The translations under genes and the position numbers were made by a program. A DNA stretch of 64,000 bases from Mytilus edulis (taxonomy: Eukaryota), in contig NC_092345.1 in NCBI RefSeq assembly GCF_963676685.1, forward strand, positions 25,916,001-25,980,000. The letters run 5' to 3'. The notes under the pieces are model-generated. The model searched no databases. It was not told the origin of the DNA and worked only from the letters and a program-made list of their open reading frames with translations. Below, piece after piece: positions 1 to 14,800 of the stretch. The first letter of the stretch is position 1. The number at the start of each line of letters is the position of its first letter.

Positions 1-479
1 AGATGCAGTTTTTAAAATCACTGACTGAATTCCTGATTTGGTTCAGCCACTAGAACAGATTGTGGGGTTGAAGATTTTTTAGTAAGATCTTTAGTTCAAT
101 TAAAATCAGAGCAGAAATGGAATTATATTTATACTTCAAGGTGAAAATAATAAACAATGTCCTATTAAAGAATTTATAGTTACTATTCACAAGCTCTAAG
201 CTTTTTAATCTGCTAATGTTTAACCAGTAATATCAACACCCACATATGGAGAAACTAAATTTCAACCTTCACAAAGCAGACAACAAAATCTTGTGGAATC
301 TGTCAATGCAGCAAAAAATACAATTTTTTAGTCTTCCTCCAAATCCAAAGTCTATTTTGTGCAAGACTCGATGTTAGGCTTCAGTACTTTCTGTCCCACA
401 TGCGAAAGTCAATATTACAATCTGGTTGCAATTAAGTTAACTATTTTTATAATCCTTCAAATTTCACCCAATATGTTCA

Positions 480-1250
480 TTATCCTTGACCTCATTTTTA
501 TGGAAGTAAATGCTTGGAAAACAGTTTTTTGTTTTGTGAGTGTGAATTTATTATGAGTAATATGATAGGATAACTATTTTGTATATATGGGTTCTTTCTG
601 AGGTCTACATGATCGGCAGACAGGGCTCACATGAACTCGACTATTTCACGGATCATTGATCAAGGCTAAGTTCTTAAAGTTAGTTTGGTTTCTAAATGCA
701 ATAGGTCACCTTTGTTTTATATATGGAACGATTGTCAGGAGTGCATGTCATGACTGACACCTTTCATCCAGCCTTGACCTCCTTCACCATTCAAAGGATA
801 AGATTTAGTTTTGTTGTTACTTCTATTTCTCAAATGCTATCAGCAATATAGGGTCATTATATTTGGTGTATTGTTATGTAGATATATGCATGGTCGTATG
901 TGTTTTGTATTTAGGTCTTCAGAGTTGTGTCCCTTTGTGTAATGATCCAAATCTGTCATGTTATGTTTTCTGTCTCATTGAAACAAACGTGCTATGGAAA
1001 TAGATGTGTTTTTGTTGCTCTTAATCAAATATAACTTTAGTGGCATTGGGAGGCAAGTATTTGTCAGTTTATCAGATACTATGAACAATAGTTAACTTTG
1101 TGGTGTATGCAATGATTGGTATGTGCTCATTTTGATTTGGCAGGGTTCATTTGACTATGACCTCATTTGCATGGTTCTTCGATGAATGTTAGATTTTGTG
1201 GTTCTGTCTGTTTCTCATATACTCAATGCAATAGGGCCACTGTTAGGTTT
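480..1250. repeat. Highly degenerate tandem repeat (~145-bp units), probably a decayed Helentron-type internal array
   Basis: Recurring TGACCTCATTT...CATGG-like motif near 487, 631, 771 and 1158, with similar downstream context. Confidence 0.35.
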
Positions 1251-2872
1251 ATGGAAAATCATTTTGAACATGCCTTGCTTGTAATTGCTTAACACCTTTC
1301 ACAATTGGCATTCTGCACTATTTTTCTGACCATATTTCCAAGTGCTGGAAGTAGTATCTAACAGCAAATAAAAAGAGCAGTCCCATGGAAACACAGCTCT
1401 ACAATTGAGAGGTAAATCTAGCTATAAAACTTGGTTTACTCACCATTTCCTGCAGAAGAAAATGCCTATACCAAGTCAGGAATATGACAGATGTTATTCA
1501 TTCCTTTGAATTTGTTTGAGCTTATGATTTTCCCATCTGGGACTTTCTGTTTAGAGCTTTCCTTGGAAATCAGATTTATTGTTATTTTGCTTTCTACTAT
1601 TAAAGTTGATCATAGGAATATCAAATAAACTTAGGGCATTAATGATGGACATTTATCCATAAATAGTTATAGTTCAATTTGTTTGATTTTTAGAAGAAAA
1701 AAAACATAACCATCATCCTGAATATGTATGTGCAATCTGAAGCTATTTATAAATTAAGATAAAAGAAGAAGCTATGAATTAAGGAAACTTCATCCAATCA
1801 ACACAATTCTACATGAATCTATGTTGACAATTTTAAGATTTACTTCAAACTGCCAAACCATTTTTACAGATGTTTGTGGAAATTTATCATAAAACGTCAA
1901 ACCAATTCAAGAGAGATTCAAGTTTTATTTCATATATATGATATGTACAAAGATTGTTTCTCCTGAAATTTCAGCTATGCTTATTGACTATAAAAACATT
2001 AGTTTTGTGGTATAAATGAAAGCCAGAAGCTTGCTGGACTGGTACAACTAAGTAGTGACTGTTGTTGCTAAATTTTAATATCATTGACAGTAAACATTTA
2101 AATATGAATTGTTTTACCTGTATAATGACTAGGTTCAGTTTTAAAACAATAAATTCAATACTGTACTTTATATGGTATTTTGATTTACGGTTACAATCTC
2201 TTGTTTTTAAACAATGCTAAAAAACATTCGATCAACAGTAGAATGACACGACAGGAACCCAGTTTGCTGTGAATTATATTGCTGTGGTGTGGGATAAATT
2301 GCTACTAAATCCCTGTCATGTTATTCCTTTGGTCCAAACTATAAATTTCACAAATCAAATCAAACTTTTAGTACTTTTATTTTTGTTCATTCCGTCAAAT
2401 ACTGGCCAACTTTAACACTACAGGCATGTATTTGTTATTTTATGAATACCATTTCAATGAGAATAATGTAAATGGAGACATTTTTTGTTCTTTGGAATGT
2501 CTAATATTAGTACAGACTACACATCTCGCATTTCAGCATTTATGATCAGTGAATTTTGACAATACGAATCATAATGATTTTTAAAATGAAGGGAAAAAAA
2601 ACCAAAACTGGTGGTTAAATTAATAACACTATTTATACTTCTGATCAACATGCACAATGGCCAGAAGTTACAAAAAAATATTGTTTTCTTTCTTTAGACT
2701 ATAAATAAAAACATTGCATGATCGTAGTTTAGTATTGTTATTGCTGATACAAGTACAAACTAATAACAAAGATGTATATGAATAAGCATCGAGTGTAAAT
2801 ACAATCGCTAACAATTTAATACAAAATAACTATAATATAAAATATGTCTTTTTAAAATTGTCACTGTCTGGT

Positions 2873-5800
2873 CTAGCCATTCATAACCATCTTGATAAAT
2901 TCTGTAAAAGAGAAGAAATATTATACGATTACCAAATGTTTTCAATATTTCTAACAGTTTTTGTTTTACAAAAAAATTGAAAAAGTGCTTGAAGTTGATT
3001 CATATGGGTTTGAAGATAAGACGTGTTGGGTGGTACCAAATACAAAATTTTCTGTGACAACAGTATTTTCTAGGCATTAAATAATTCAGAGCAAACCACA
3101 CATATAATAATAAGCTGCAATATAACTAATATGAGGCAGGCATTACCTGTAATTGGGGACGAAGTATGTATGAATTATTTTTTTGTAACTTAAATATTTG
3201 TTAAAAAAAAGAAACGGAAATACCGTAACGTTTCCGATTCTGTTGTTAGGGATTTTAGTTGTGACGTTATTTAAATTATGACGTCATGTGCAATGTTAAC
3301 AAAGAAACGATATCATCAGGTAACGTTTTTTCATATCAAGGAATTATTAAAAATGAAATTGGTATTGCACGTTCCTTCCTATTTTATACTAGACTGATAA
3401 ATATATATTTTACTCAAAGTTTCATACAAACGAGACCGGAAAAAGGAAGTACATTGTACATTTCTGCACAGGTCCGGGATTTCAAAACATGACAAAAATT
3501 TTTTTAACGATTTTGAGTTCATTAGTACAATGAAAAATTCAGGAAATTTTCCTGAATTTTTTTTTTTATTGAATTTTCTACTGTTATTGGGGACGAAGTC
3601 CCCATATTAGACAACATCATTAGATTTTGACAGCTTGTTTAATAAAATAATATACCAGTGCACTACTCAAATTTTTTTTTTCATAATTCTTATATGATTA
3701 GCTATATACCTCAGTGTTCCAGCTAGCATGAAATGGAGGGGCGCGGCGCCCCGCCCCCGAAATTTTGCGCCCCTCTGCCTTTTTTAAGCGCCCCTGCGCC
3801 CCTCTGTGCCCTTTTGAAAAAAAGTTTAAAAAACGATCTTTTTTCCTCATATCGTCGCCATTTTGTTGAGTTAATTATACACACACTTCATTAAGACAAC
3901 AGATTAAAATTGTTGACACTTGTTACCTGATTATAATCACCTATTTGATTAGAGTCAATTACTTAATCAGGTGAAATTTACAGCCCTGTCTAATCCCTTT
4001 ACCCTGAAGCACCAAACATCGAAGTTAAATAAATTGATTATTTTAACCAGAGACATATATGTCTCTGTTTTAACACCTGACGATGCAAAACATAATTTAT
4101 AAAATAAATGTGAACGGTGTTCATTTCTATTGTATTTGTTATTTATTATGTCATTTAAAAAGAATCATTCTAATAGGTCAACACGCAAAATGCATGAAAC
4201 ATGATGTAACTTTGACCTCCGTAGCAGAGTTCAAAAAATTTATGGGTCACTGAATATTCACAATTCAGATCGTTTTTGTTTTGATGTTTTTATTTTTGAA
4301 ACTGATCTTTCAAACTAGTTTTAATCCAGAAGAAAGTAAAAACATTGCTTGACTGTACCTTAAGTTGAATATCTATATCCAAATTAAATTAATTAAAACT
4401 GTAATCCATGATCACAATTTGAATGCTTTGTTTACAATTGTTCAAAGCCATGTGCTTTTTGGCGGGAAAATTCGGGAAACCCCTTATTAACAGGAAACAG
4501 TTACATTTCATTGTTATTTATAGACAGTAGGAATTTCATTTTGGAAATCATTTTGATTACAACTTCTAAGATTTATTCATGAAAAATTATAATAATTTCT
4601 TGGGGTGAAACTGATAATACTTTTTTTATTAAAATAATTTACATCTAGGGGTATGGAAAGGGGGCTGTTTTTTTTTGTTTTTTTTTCCAATAATATTACA
4701 AATATATATAAAGTTCACCAGTCTGAAAATACATGGTTAAATGGATTTTAATTCTGAAAAACTCATGTTTATTTAATTCCTTTATTATTTCCATCATAAT
4801 AAGAAACAAGCTACATGTATAAGGTATTTCAAACATATATTTTTGGCTTTTATATAAGAACATTCAAGACTATTAATATGTATGTGCCTGCAGTAAAAAC
4901 AAACCTGGTAAGGCCTAAAAAAATTCTACAGGGCCCTTGTAAAAACTTTTGAATCCAGGCTGGCCTTCAGAGAAAATGTTAAGTATTGTTCCTGACTGTA
5001 TCAGATTTATGTGAAGTTTTTAAACTGACATGCACAATTCATTTCACAAGTGTAATAAAAATAATTCTACAAAACAACGCAGCGCATCTCGTTGCAAATT
5101 CATCTTAGACCCACCATGCATCAAGAAAATGTCTTTATGTGGTAATATTAAGTATTTGATTTTTTTTCAGTGAGAACGCGCTAAAGTGCCCTTTTTAAAA
5201 ACGCGCCCCTCTATTTTCAAATCCTAGCTGGAACACTGTACCTTCATAATTAATGTTGCCTTGTGCATCTTCCTGGCCTTGCAGTAATTGATCTACATCA
5301 TCGTCTGATAATCTGTCACCTGTCAAAAATAAATTCATTTTTATTTACATCACATTGATTGTGCAAAGGCATAACAAGCTGTAAAAGTCTGTTCAGAAAG
5401 CTTTATACTTTAAAAGTTTTGTTGATATCAAATATTTACTGTACTTTTCAGTGGTTTACTTGTTCATTGGTCAGAATGTATTTTTTCTCTCCATTTTTTT
5501 AATTTAGCAGTTTAGTTGTATCAGCACAAGAAGGGCTACTATTCAAGGATTCTTAGAACTGGCCTTGACAAGGCTTGATTCACCAATTTCAGATGGGCAT
5601 CACACAGAAAAAGCTTGATGTTGAACATTACTCAAATTGATAAAGAAGAACTATTTAAAAACTAATTTTCAGCAGCAGATTCTACCAGCTCATTACTTGA
5701 AATTTAATATATTTCTCTACATTTAAATATTAAAAATATTTTTAAATAATTAGTAAATTACTATTTGTTATTAATTTTTCATGTCAGCCTTCTATACCAA

Positions 5801-8800
5801 ACTATACATGTTATATGGTATGTGTTTTTCTAATTGTTAAAATTATGATAACCTATAATCAAGATAATTGCTTTCTACCATTTTATTTAACGCTGGTGGA
5901 AAGTTGTCTCATTTGCAATCATACCATATTTCCTCATTTTAATACTGTTCATAATTTAACTAAACTAAACTATACGTCCTTATGTTGTACTGTTATACCA
6001 CGGTCCCAGGTTAGGGGAAGGGTTGGGATTTGTTTTTTATTCATTTTTGTACATAAATTAGGCCGTTATTTTTCTAGTTTGAATTGTTCACCATTGTCAT
6101 TTCAGAACTTTATAGCTGACTATGCAGTATGGGCTTTGCTAATTGTTAAAGGCCTGACAGTGACTAATAGTTGTTAATTTCTGTCTCATGTGGTGTCTTG
6201 GGGGGAGTTGTTTCATTGGCAATCATACCACAACTTCTTTTTATATATTCATAAAATAAAATAGTATTCACTTAATGCTGTAGAAGAATCTATTTGTACA
6301 AATGTTTATATAACAAATACAATCATGACAATCAGTCCAGCTACAAATCAATTGATCACATTATAGACGTAGAACATGTAGAAATTATTCATAATGTTGT
6401 TGCATTATCACATTCTTAATAAATATATATACACACCTAAACAAGTAAGGACATGTCTAAGCTCTGCGGAAGATATATAGCCATTTTGTTCTTTATCAAA
6501 CATGCGTAGTCCTTCTACAAAATCTTCGTATGTTGCACAGTCTCTGTTCTTGCTGACAGTGTGGAGGATGGGAAGGAAGACCTCAAATGAAATTCTTGAA
6601 TCTGAAATTACACATGTTATTACATTTATTTTAAGAAAATAAATACAGTAAAATTAAAACAAATCCTTAGCATGCTTAGTTTAAACAGGTTAAACAGTAA
6701 ATTATCATTTTTCCCTTCACTTTATTTTTTTCAGATCCACCATTAGTTTTATGAATTAAATATCTCTAGTTCAAAGAAAAATTTGCTCATACAGAGTAAT
6801 GATAGCAAAACATGTTTCATGTGTAGGGTGATCTTCATGAGCTTAACATTTTGTATAGACACCTATATATGACCCGTCTACATCATGCTACATCATAACA
6901 CTGTGCATGCATGTATAATGAAGACAAGGCCAACCTTAAAAATATGTTTGTTTGCAGTTTTCCGACTGTACCTCCAGACTGAAGGGTCGGTAGGTAGGAA
7001 AAATATTTTATTTTATCAGCCAAAATACAGTTTAAACAAGCAGTTACACTAAACCAAGTTTCTTGTGAAAAAAAAAAAAACATTTTAAAACAACAAACAC
7101 TGGACATGCTGAAAACCAACATCAAATGAACAGGCATTTTTAGATAAAAATCTTTTTAACCAAAACTGAAACTTTAACATAGTGTCATTATCCAATTTAT
7201 GACATAAAATATGGAATAATTATTAAATATTGGAACACTTATAAACAAGGAATGACTAGAACTGTTTTAAAGAAATAGAATGAAATTCAAAACAGTGTGG
7301 CTGTGGCCATTGATTGACACATTGAATTCATCCATTGACTGGGACAATTTAAGTGAACGTTTGTATGTAACGACCACTGATCACTATGTACTTTTTAAAG
7401 ACACTTAAACTATGGGGCCACCAAAGGTTCTCAACACCTTAACAAAGTAATTCGAAAAATTAATCAGAAATAACACGATGTTTTTATTTATATCAATTAT
7501 ATAAATCAAAACATAAAGGTTATTCCTGATTATTTTTTCGAATTATTTTATAATTAAAGGCGTTAAGAAACCTTTGGTAACCCCACAGTTTAAATGTCTA
7601 TCGTAGGTACGTCGTGAACAGTGGTCGTTACAGACAAACGTTCACGTAAATTGTCCCAGTCAATGGATGAATTTAATGTGTCAATCAATGGCCACAGCCA
7701 CACTGTTTTGAATTTCATTCTATATTCAGACATGTATGCTTCTTGACTAGAATGTTTTCATGAGTAGAGTATTTTCATCAGAAAAATGTAGATATTAAAG
7801 ATTTATAAGACAATGTATTAAAGAGTGTATTTTTAATAAAAAAAAAAAAAAACCATTGAATCTTCCTCAATTGAAACCAGATGCTCCGCAGGGCGTAGCT
7901 TTATACGACCGCAGAGGTTGAACCCTGAACGGTTAGGGCAAATATGGACACAACATTCAAGCTGGATTCAGCTCTAAATTTGGATTGTGATTAAATAGTT
8001 GACACAGCATAGGTTTCTGACACAGAATGAATGTGTTCTAATGAACTTAAAATTTTTGTTTCTCTTAGAGCAATTCACTATGCTGTTGAATATTAATCCT
8101 CTCAAAAAAATGTTTGAAGAAATTTTCTTTTTTATTTATGAAATTTCAAATGAGAAAAATTGAACCCAATTTTTTTAATCACATCCCCCTTTCCCTTATT
8201 CCAAAACTAATCTCAATTAAAATTTCTAATGGAGTTTGCAACAATAACTACTCATTTAAATACATCATAAAATATTAAGATGTAAAAAAACTGCTTGTTA
8301 TCACTGAATGGTAAAGATTATTTTAATTTATCAGTTGGTAGTAAAAAGTGAATATACATTGTATATTGTATATAACAAAGATTTAAGTTGATTCTGGACA
8401 AAGAAAGATAACTCCAATTAAAAAAAAATCTTGCTATTGCACAATATTTTGCAATTAGATATTTCTTGCTTACTATTCTGGACAAAGAAAGATAACTCTA
8501 ATTAAAAAAAAATTGATATTTCTTGCCATTGCGCAATACTGTGCAATTGAAAAGACTTGCTATTGCACAATACTTAATATAATAATTTTAGATCCTGATT
8601 TGGACCAACTTGAAAACTGGGCCCATAATAAATGATCTAAGTACATTTTTGGATTCAGCATATCAAAGAACTTCAAGATTTCAATTTTTGTTAAAATCAG
8701 ACTAAGTTTAATTTTGGACCCTTTGGACTTTAGTGTAGACCAATTTGAAAACAGGACCAAAAATGAAGAATCTACATACACAGTTAGATTTGGTATATCA

Positions 8801-11800
8801 AAGAACCCCATTTATTCAATTTTTGATGAAATCAAACAAAGTTTAATTTTGGACCCCGATTTGGACCAACTTGAAAACTGGGCCAATAATCAAGAATTTA
8901 AGTACATTTTTAGATTCAGCATATCAAAGAACCTAACTGATTCATTTTTTGTCAAAATCAAACTAAGTTTAATTTTGGACCCTTTGGACCTTAATGTAGA
9001 CCAATTTGAAAACGGGACCAAAAGTTAAGAATCTACATACACAGTCATGACAGTTAGATTCAGCATATCAAAGAACCCCAATTATTCAATTTTGATGAAA
9101 TCAAACAAAAGTTTAATTTTGGACCCTTTGGGCCCCTTATTATGTTGGGACCAAAACTCCCAAAATCAAACCCAACCTTTCTTTTATGGTCATAAACCTT
9201 GTGTTTAAATTTCATAGATTTCTATTTACTTATACTAACGTTATGGTGCGAAAACCAAGAAAAATGCTTATTTGGGTCCCTTTTTGGCCCCTAATTCCTA
9301 AACTGTTGGGACCTAAACTCCCAAAATCAATACCAACCTTCCTTTTGTAGTCATTAACATTGTGTTTAAATTTCATTGATTTCTATTTACTTAAACTAAT
9401 GTTATTGTGCGAAAACCAAGAATAATGCTTATTTGGGCCCTTTTTTGGCCCCTAATTCCTAAACTGTTGAGACCAAAACTCCCAAAATCAATCCCAACCG
9501 TTCTTTTGTGGTCATAAACCTTGTGTCAAAATTTCATAGATTTCTATTCACTTAAACTAAAGTTATAGTGCGAAAACCAAGAAAATGCTTATTTGGGCCC
9601 TTTTTGGCCCCTAATTCCTAAAATGTTGGGACCAAAACTCCCAAAATCAATACCAACCTTCCTTTTGTGGTCATAAACCTTGTGTTAAAATTTCATAGAT
9701 TTCCATTCACTTTTACTAAAGTTAGAGTGCAAAAACTAAAAGTATTCGGACGCCGGACGACGACGACGCTGACGCCAACGTGATAGCAATATACGACGAA
9801 AATTTTTTCAAAATTTGCGGTCGTATAAAAAAGGCAACTCGAAAAATCAAAGCCTTAAAGGCTGTAAAAGCAATTGCTGCCATGTTAATGTTTGGGGACT
9901 TTTATTTTTCATCCACATATATACAAGAATTAAACCTGACATGAGTGTTGTCTAGTTAAAAGTAAGAAGGTTTTAACTTTATATAAATAAAAGACTTTAG
10001 CAGAAAGTCATTTTTAATATGTTTTATATTTCACAAGGAGACAACACGTTTACCAGGCTAAAGTTGGGGTCAAATATACATGTGCTGAAACATATAACTC
10101 AAAAAGAAATCATCATGGATTATCCCCTGGTAGTGTTTGTAACTTCCTTGGCAATAATTTCCTTTATTGATTTAATTTTAACAATTTTCATTATTAATTT
10201 ATATTTAACCATTAACACAAATGATTAAGTTAAAACATTTCAACTTTCCAGACGCAAATGTTAAAAAACGGGAAAGAAATAAAATATCTTACAAGACATA
10301 AACATGTAAAGAATAAATGTATATTTCAGCTTAATAAAAATATTTTCATAATGTTACTTTGTCATCATTTTTAAAACTAAGTTCCAAACATTATTGCTCA
10401 GTTGATATGTGTCCTTCTGATGCGGTACGAGCACAGGCACTTGTTTCTATCCATAGGAAGGTCGATTATCCATATAAATAGTTTTATATGGATAGTCGAC
10501 CTTCCTATGGATAGAAACAAGTGCATGTGGGTACGAGATAACTACAATTCTCATGCAATCCCGAAAAGGGGGGGGGGGTCATCACAGACAAACATGACAT
10601 TAAATCGTTATCACTGAACTAGTATATATATTGTATAGGGGCCAGCTGAAGGACGCCTCTGGGTGCGGGAATTTTTCGCTGCATTGAAGACCTGTTGGTG
10701 ACCTTAATTCTGCTGTTGTATGTTTTTCTATGGTCGGGTTGTTGTCTCTTTGACAAATTCCCCATTTCCATTCTCAATTTTATTATACGAACAAGAACAA
10801 ACAGCTCTACGTTGCTTTGATATTTATCAATTTTCAGGAAACATTGCGAAAAATGATCTTCAATATTTCGAAAACATGTGAAATAAAATTGCTAACACGG
10901 TGGACCGTCGAGGGTACAAGTCAAATCGGCACCTGGTCAAATCGGCACCCATAGAAAAAGTCAAATCGGCACCTGGTTAAATCGGCATCTAGTCAAATCG
11001 GCACCTATTTAAAGTCAATTCGGCATCCAATAATATTTGATATAATATATGGGACTGGGACTATTATGCTAAGTTAGTAAGTTAAGTATACTAGCATAAT
11101 AGTTCCAGATATATATAAATAATTCTAAAAATGTATAAATTCGATCCTGATCTATTTTGGGGGTTGGATTTAACATGCATTACATGTTAAAAAGCATCAA
11201 GGAGTTAAAATACAAGTTAATTATTTAAAGTTTTCTCGACGTACTTTTTTTCAATCTATGTATTAATAAACTAGAAAATTCCAAATTGTAAATATCTCTT
11301 CATCTGGACCGACTTGGCATCTACTACGTTTGGACGGGTCCATTTCATTAGTAAGGTGATCGATAAATATTACGGAGTTTTGACAGAAAAGGAAAACGAA
11401 CTTATTGTTATGTGTTTTCAACAAGGGTTTCGTTCCGCTAAATTATTTGCGCAAATAAAGTTTGTCTATTTTTAGATTACAGGTAATAATTTGACACTAC
11501 GCATTAACCTGTGTAGTGATTTTGATTTTATGATAAATGTATGAATGAACGATAATTTTATGAATGAACAAGAGCACCTGACCTCTTAAAGAAACACAAA
11601 TTTAACATAAAAAAACGTATTTATTAGGAGATAATTCAGTTAAATTTTCAATACTAAATCAACAACTGAAATGAATCCATATTTTGTTGAAACATCGTAC
11701 GAACGGCGGAAAACGGAATCGCATTTATGAAAATGTACTTTTTTTCACTCGGACTTCTATGTTATTTGATAGTCAAACGGTTGACCCTTTAAATACAAAA

Positions 11801-14800
11801 ATTCATCTACAAGAACATATTCTGAAACTTCTTAAATCCACTAACTTTTTTTTTAAAGTTTCAAGCTATGTATTGCATTAGAAAACATACATAGGTGTTA
11901 AAGAATGACTGACCAGGAGCCTGTTTAACAAAATACTATGGCTTGATCTGGGCGGAGTCTCTGATCTGGGTCACAAAGATGGCCATACGCGACGGCATAA
12001 AAGCAATTGCTTTAAAAAAGTACTAAGACATTCGACTGTTTTTATATTTCTAACAATATTTAATTATATGTGATAAGGTTATATTTTTGCCAGGCTTTAA
12101 TAAAAACCAAAGAAATCTAAAGTTTGGGGTGAAATCCATAGCACCCCATTAAAAGTAAATGGTCTGTACTGAAATGTTTTTAATGCATAAAAAAAATTGG
12201 CAGCATAGCTCCTAAGGACATGTTTTAATTGAATTCACACAGGCCACACAGTTTTGGTATATTTAATATTGTAAGAAAGAGAATAATTGCAATGAGAGGG
12301 GCAGCCCCCCCTTATCCTAAAGGAGCATACTCATTGCAATCGAAGATAGATTTATTATAGAGAGAGTATATTTATTTTTCAAGCTAACCATTCATTTTCT
12401 CTACATCTTTGTGTAGTTAGGGTTGCTTCTTATTGATTAGGCATGATCTATATCCATTAACATTTCAAATGAGCCCTTCCTCCGTACAGGCGTGTTTACA
12501 GATATCCATGAAGATTTAAGTCACTGAGGAGTGGTTTCATGACTTTCATCTTTGTCGTCTTCACAAAGATTTGTAGAAAATATGACATACTTCAAGCTGC
12601 TGTCGAATTATTTAACCACTGAAATTGGTTCCATAAAGTCAGGCTCCACAGATTCTGTACCCGATTTGTTTGAGACAGAATGGTTATCGTGTCAGTTATG
12701 AATATCCGCTGCATCATCGTCAATGATATCATCACACATCATTACATGTGCCTGAATCTGTATAAACAGTTTACTAATAAACTTTTTTGTTTGTTATTTG
12801 TCTTAAAATTGACACGAGACGACAGCGTAAAGTACTCCCCCGTGACTTCATGGATACCTGTAAACAATTCCCATGTACTTTATCATTACATGGTCACATG
12901 AACGCTTGACGGGAAGCTAAGAAAAACCGAACTTGAAATGCGCAATTGACCCAGACTTTAAATCATTTCCTGAAAGGACCCAAAGTTCCGGATCGAGTCA
13001 ATAGAAGTATCAAAATAAATTTCTTCAAATATAAAGCAATAAAATTTTCACAGTCGGGAGGATTTTCAAGGGTCGGTCGGTAAACTGCAAACAAACAATA
13101 TTTTAATTTAAGCCCAAATTCAGGGCCTTTTATAGCTGACTATGTGGTATAGGCTTTGCTCATTGTTGAAGGCTGCACGGTGACCTATAATTGTTGATTT
13201 CTGTGTTATTTTGGTCTCTTGTGGACAGTTGTCTCATTGGCAATCATACCACATCTTCTTTTTTATATATATAATGCCAACAAGGAAATGTCTTTTGATT
13301 ATTTGTTTTGTATGGTTTTTGTTATGACTGTCTAATTGGTGTATATGTACCCATACTTCCTGTCATCATGTTTATTCATAGGACAAAAGTTTAACAGAAC
13401 ATTTACATTTGTAAACAACATTTATTTATTACTTTCAAATCAATGCAACATCATTTACTTCTACCACGCCATGTTAGAGTCTACTACATTTGTACATGTC
13501 TTGTATAAAATTGATGGCTATATATTTATAACTTCATGACCAACTTTAGTTATTTCGCATGCATGGATAAGATGAAAAACCCTAAATATATATACCTGGA
13601 TTATTATTGTATCCACACTTTTTGACTTCATGTTCTGTTGGGTTTTGTCCTAATGCCCTTAATACATCACCCAATTGTGCAGCTGCAATTTTGCCATCTC
13701 CTCTCTGGTCAAACAAATTGAATGTTTCCTGGATATCTAAAAATAGTATAAATCATTTATAAAAATGTATTGTAAGAAAGATACAATTTACAGGGTCTAA
13801 ACAAATTGCTTAATCTGAATTTCTTTCAAACCTGCATGTACACATTCAAATGTACAAATTTGTACATGTAAATGTAGGTCAATTGAAAACAACAAACTGT
13901 ACATACTATACCTACTTTAAAATGTATATGGTATAGGTGTATCTACCCTAAAATAGAGGGATGCAGCTTCAAAATATTTTTGTTGTAAATATGTGTTTAC
14001 ATTGCAACTTTTAAACTTTTTTGTTTGTTTGCATGATATACATGTAGGTCTAGCATGATTAGCTTTCTATACAAGTTAAGAGCCTGCTGATAAGTGGTCA
14101 TGGTTTGTTTATGTGGTTCATAAGTGTTTCTCATTTAATACATCGATTTGTTCCTGACCGTTGGTTTTCCTGTTTGAATTGGTTCACACTAGTCATTTTT
14201 GGGGCCCTTTATCATGTTTATCATGCTTATAAATAGCTTGCTGTTCTGTGTGACGCAAGTCTTCGTGATAAAGGTTGTTCCGTGAATTGTTAACTTTTTA
14301 TACATTGTGACTTGGATTGATTGAGAGTTGTCTCATTGGCACTGATACTTTTTATTAATATGTAATTATATAAATGTACATGTACCGACTAAACATGCTA
14401 AACAATAAAAATTAAAAAAAACATTACATGTAGGTTAATGTAAAATAGAATGAATGTATTTCTTTCTCCTAAAAGCAGTTATTTAGGTCATATTTTCTGA
14501 ACATTAGAATTAGATCACATATAGATTACAATTCTAACTTCACAAAAGGAAATGTCTGATGACAAATTGAATATGTGTATATGTGTTTGTTGTATGCATT
14601 GTAAAGTCTAGCTGTGGAGCCGTAGCTCTCTTGTCCTTAAATATAATCTTTGCTATAAGGTGTTCTCAGGCATGTCAGGGTTTCACTAATGACATAACAT
14701 TGTATGGGAATGTCTTTGTATTAAGTCTAGTAAACATGAAACTGGCAAACAAAAAACGTATTGACAATTACCAAATTTACTCAAATTATTTATCTTTTTA

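Noticed and set aside
8560-9028. ORFs 8714-9028 (plus) and 8560-8811 (minus) with internal peptide repeats
   Set aside because: They are translations of the tandem array inside the Helentron-type element.
10918-11030. Short direct repeats with variable gaps resembling a CRISPR array
   Set aside because: The repeats are only 14 bp with 2-10-nt gaps, there are no cas genes, and the context is a eukaryotic intron. A transposon subterminal array fits better.
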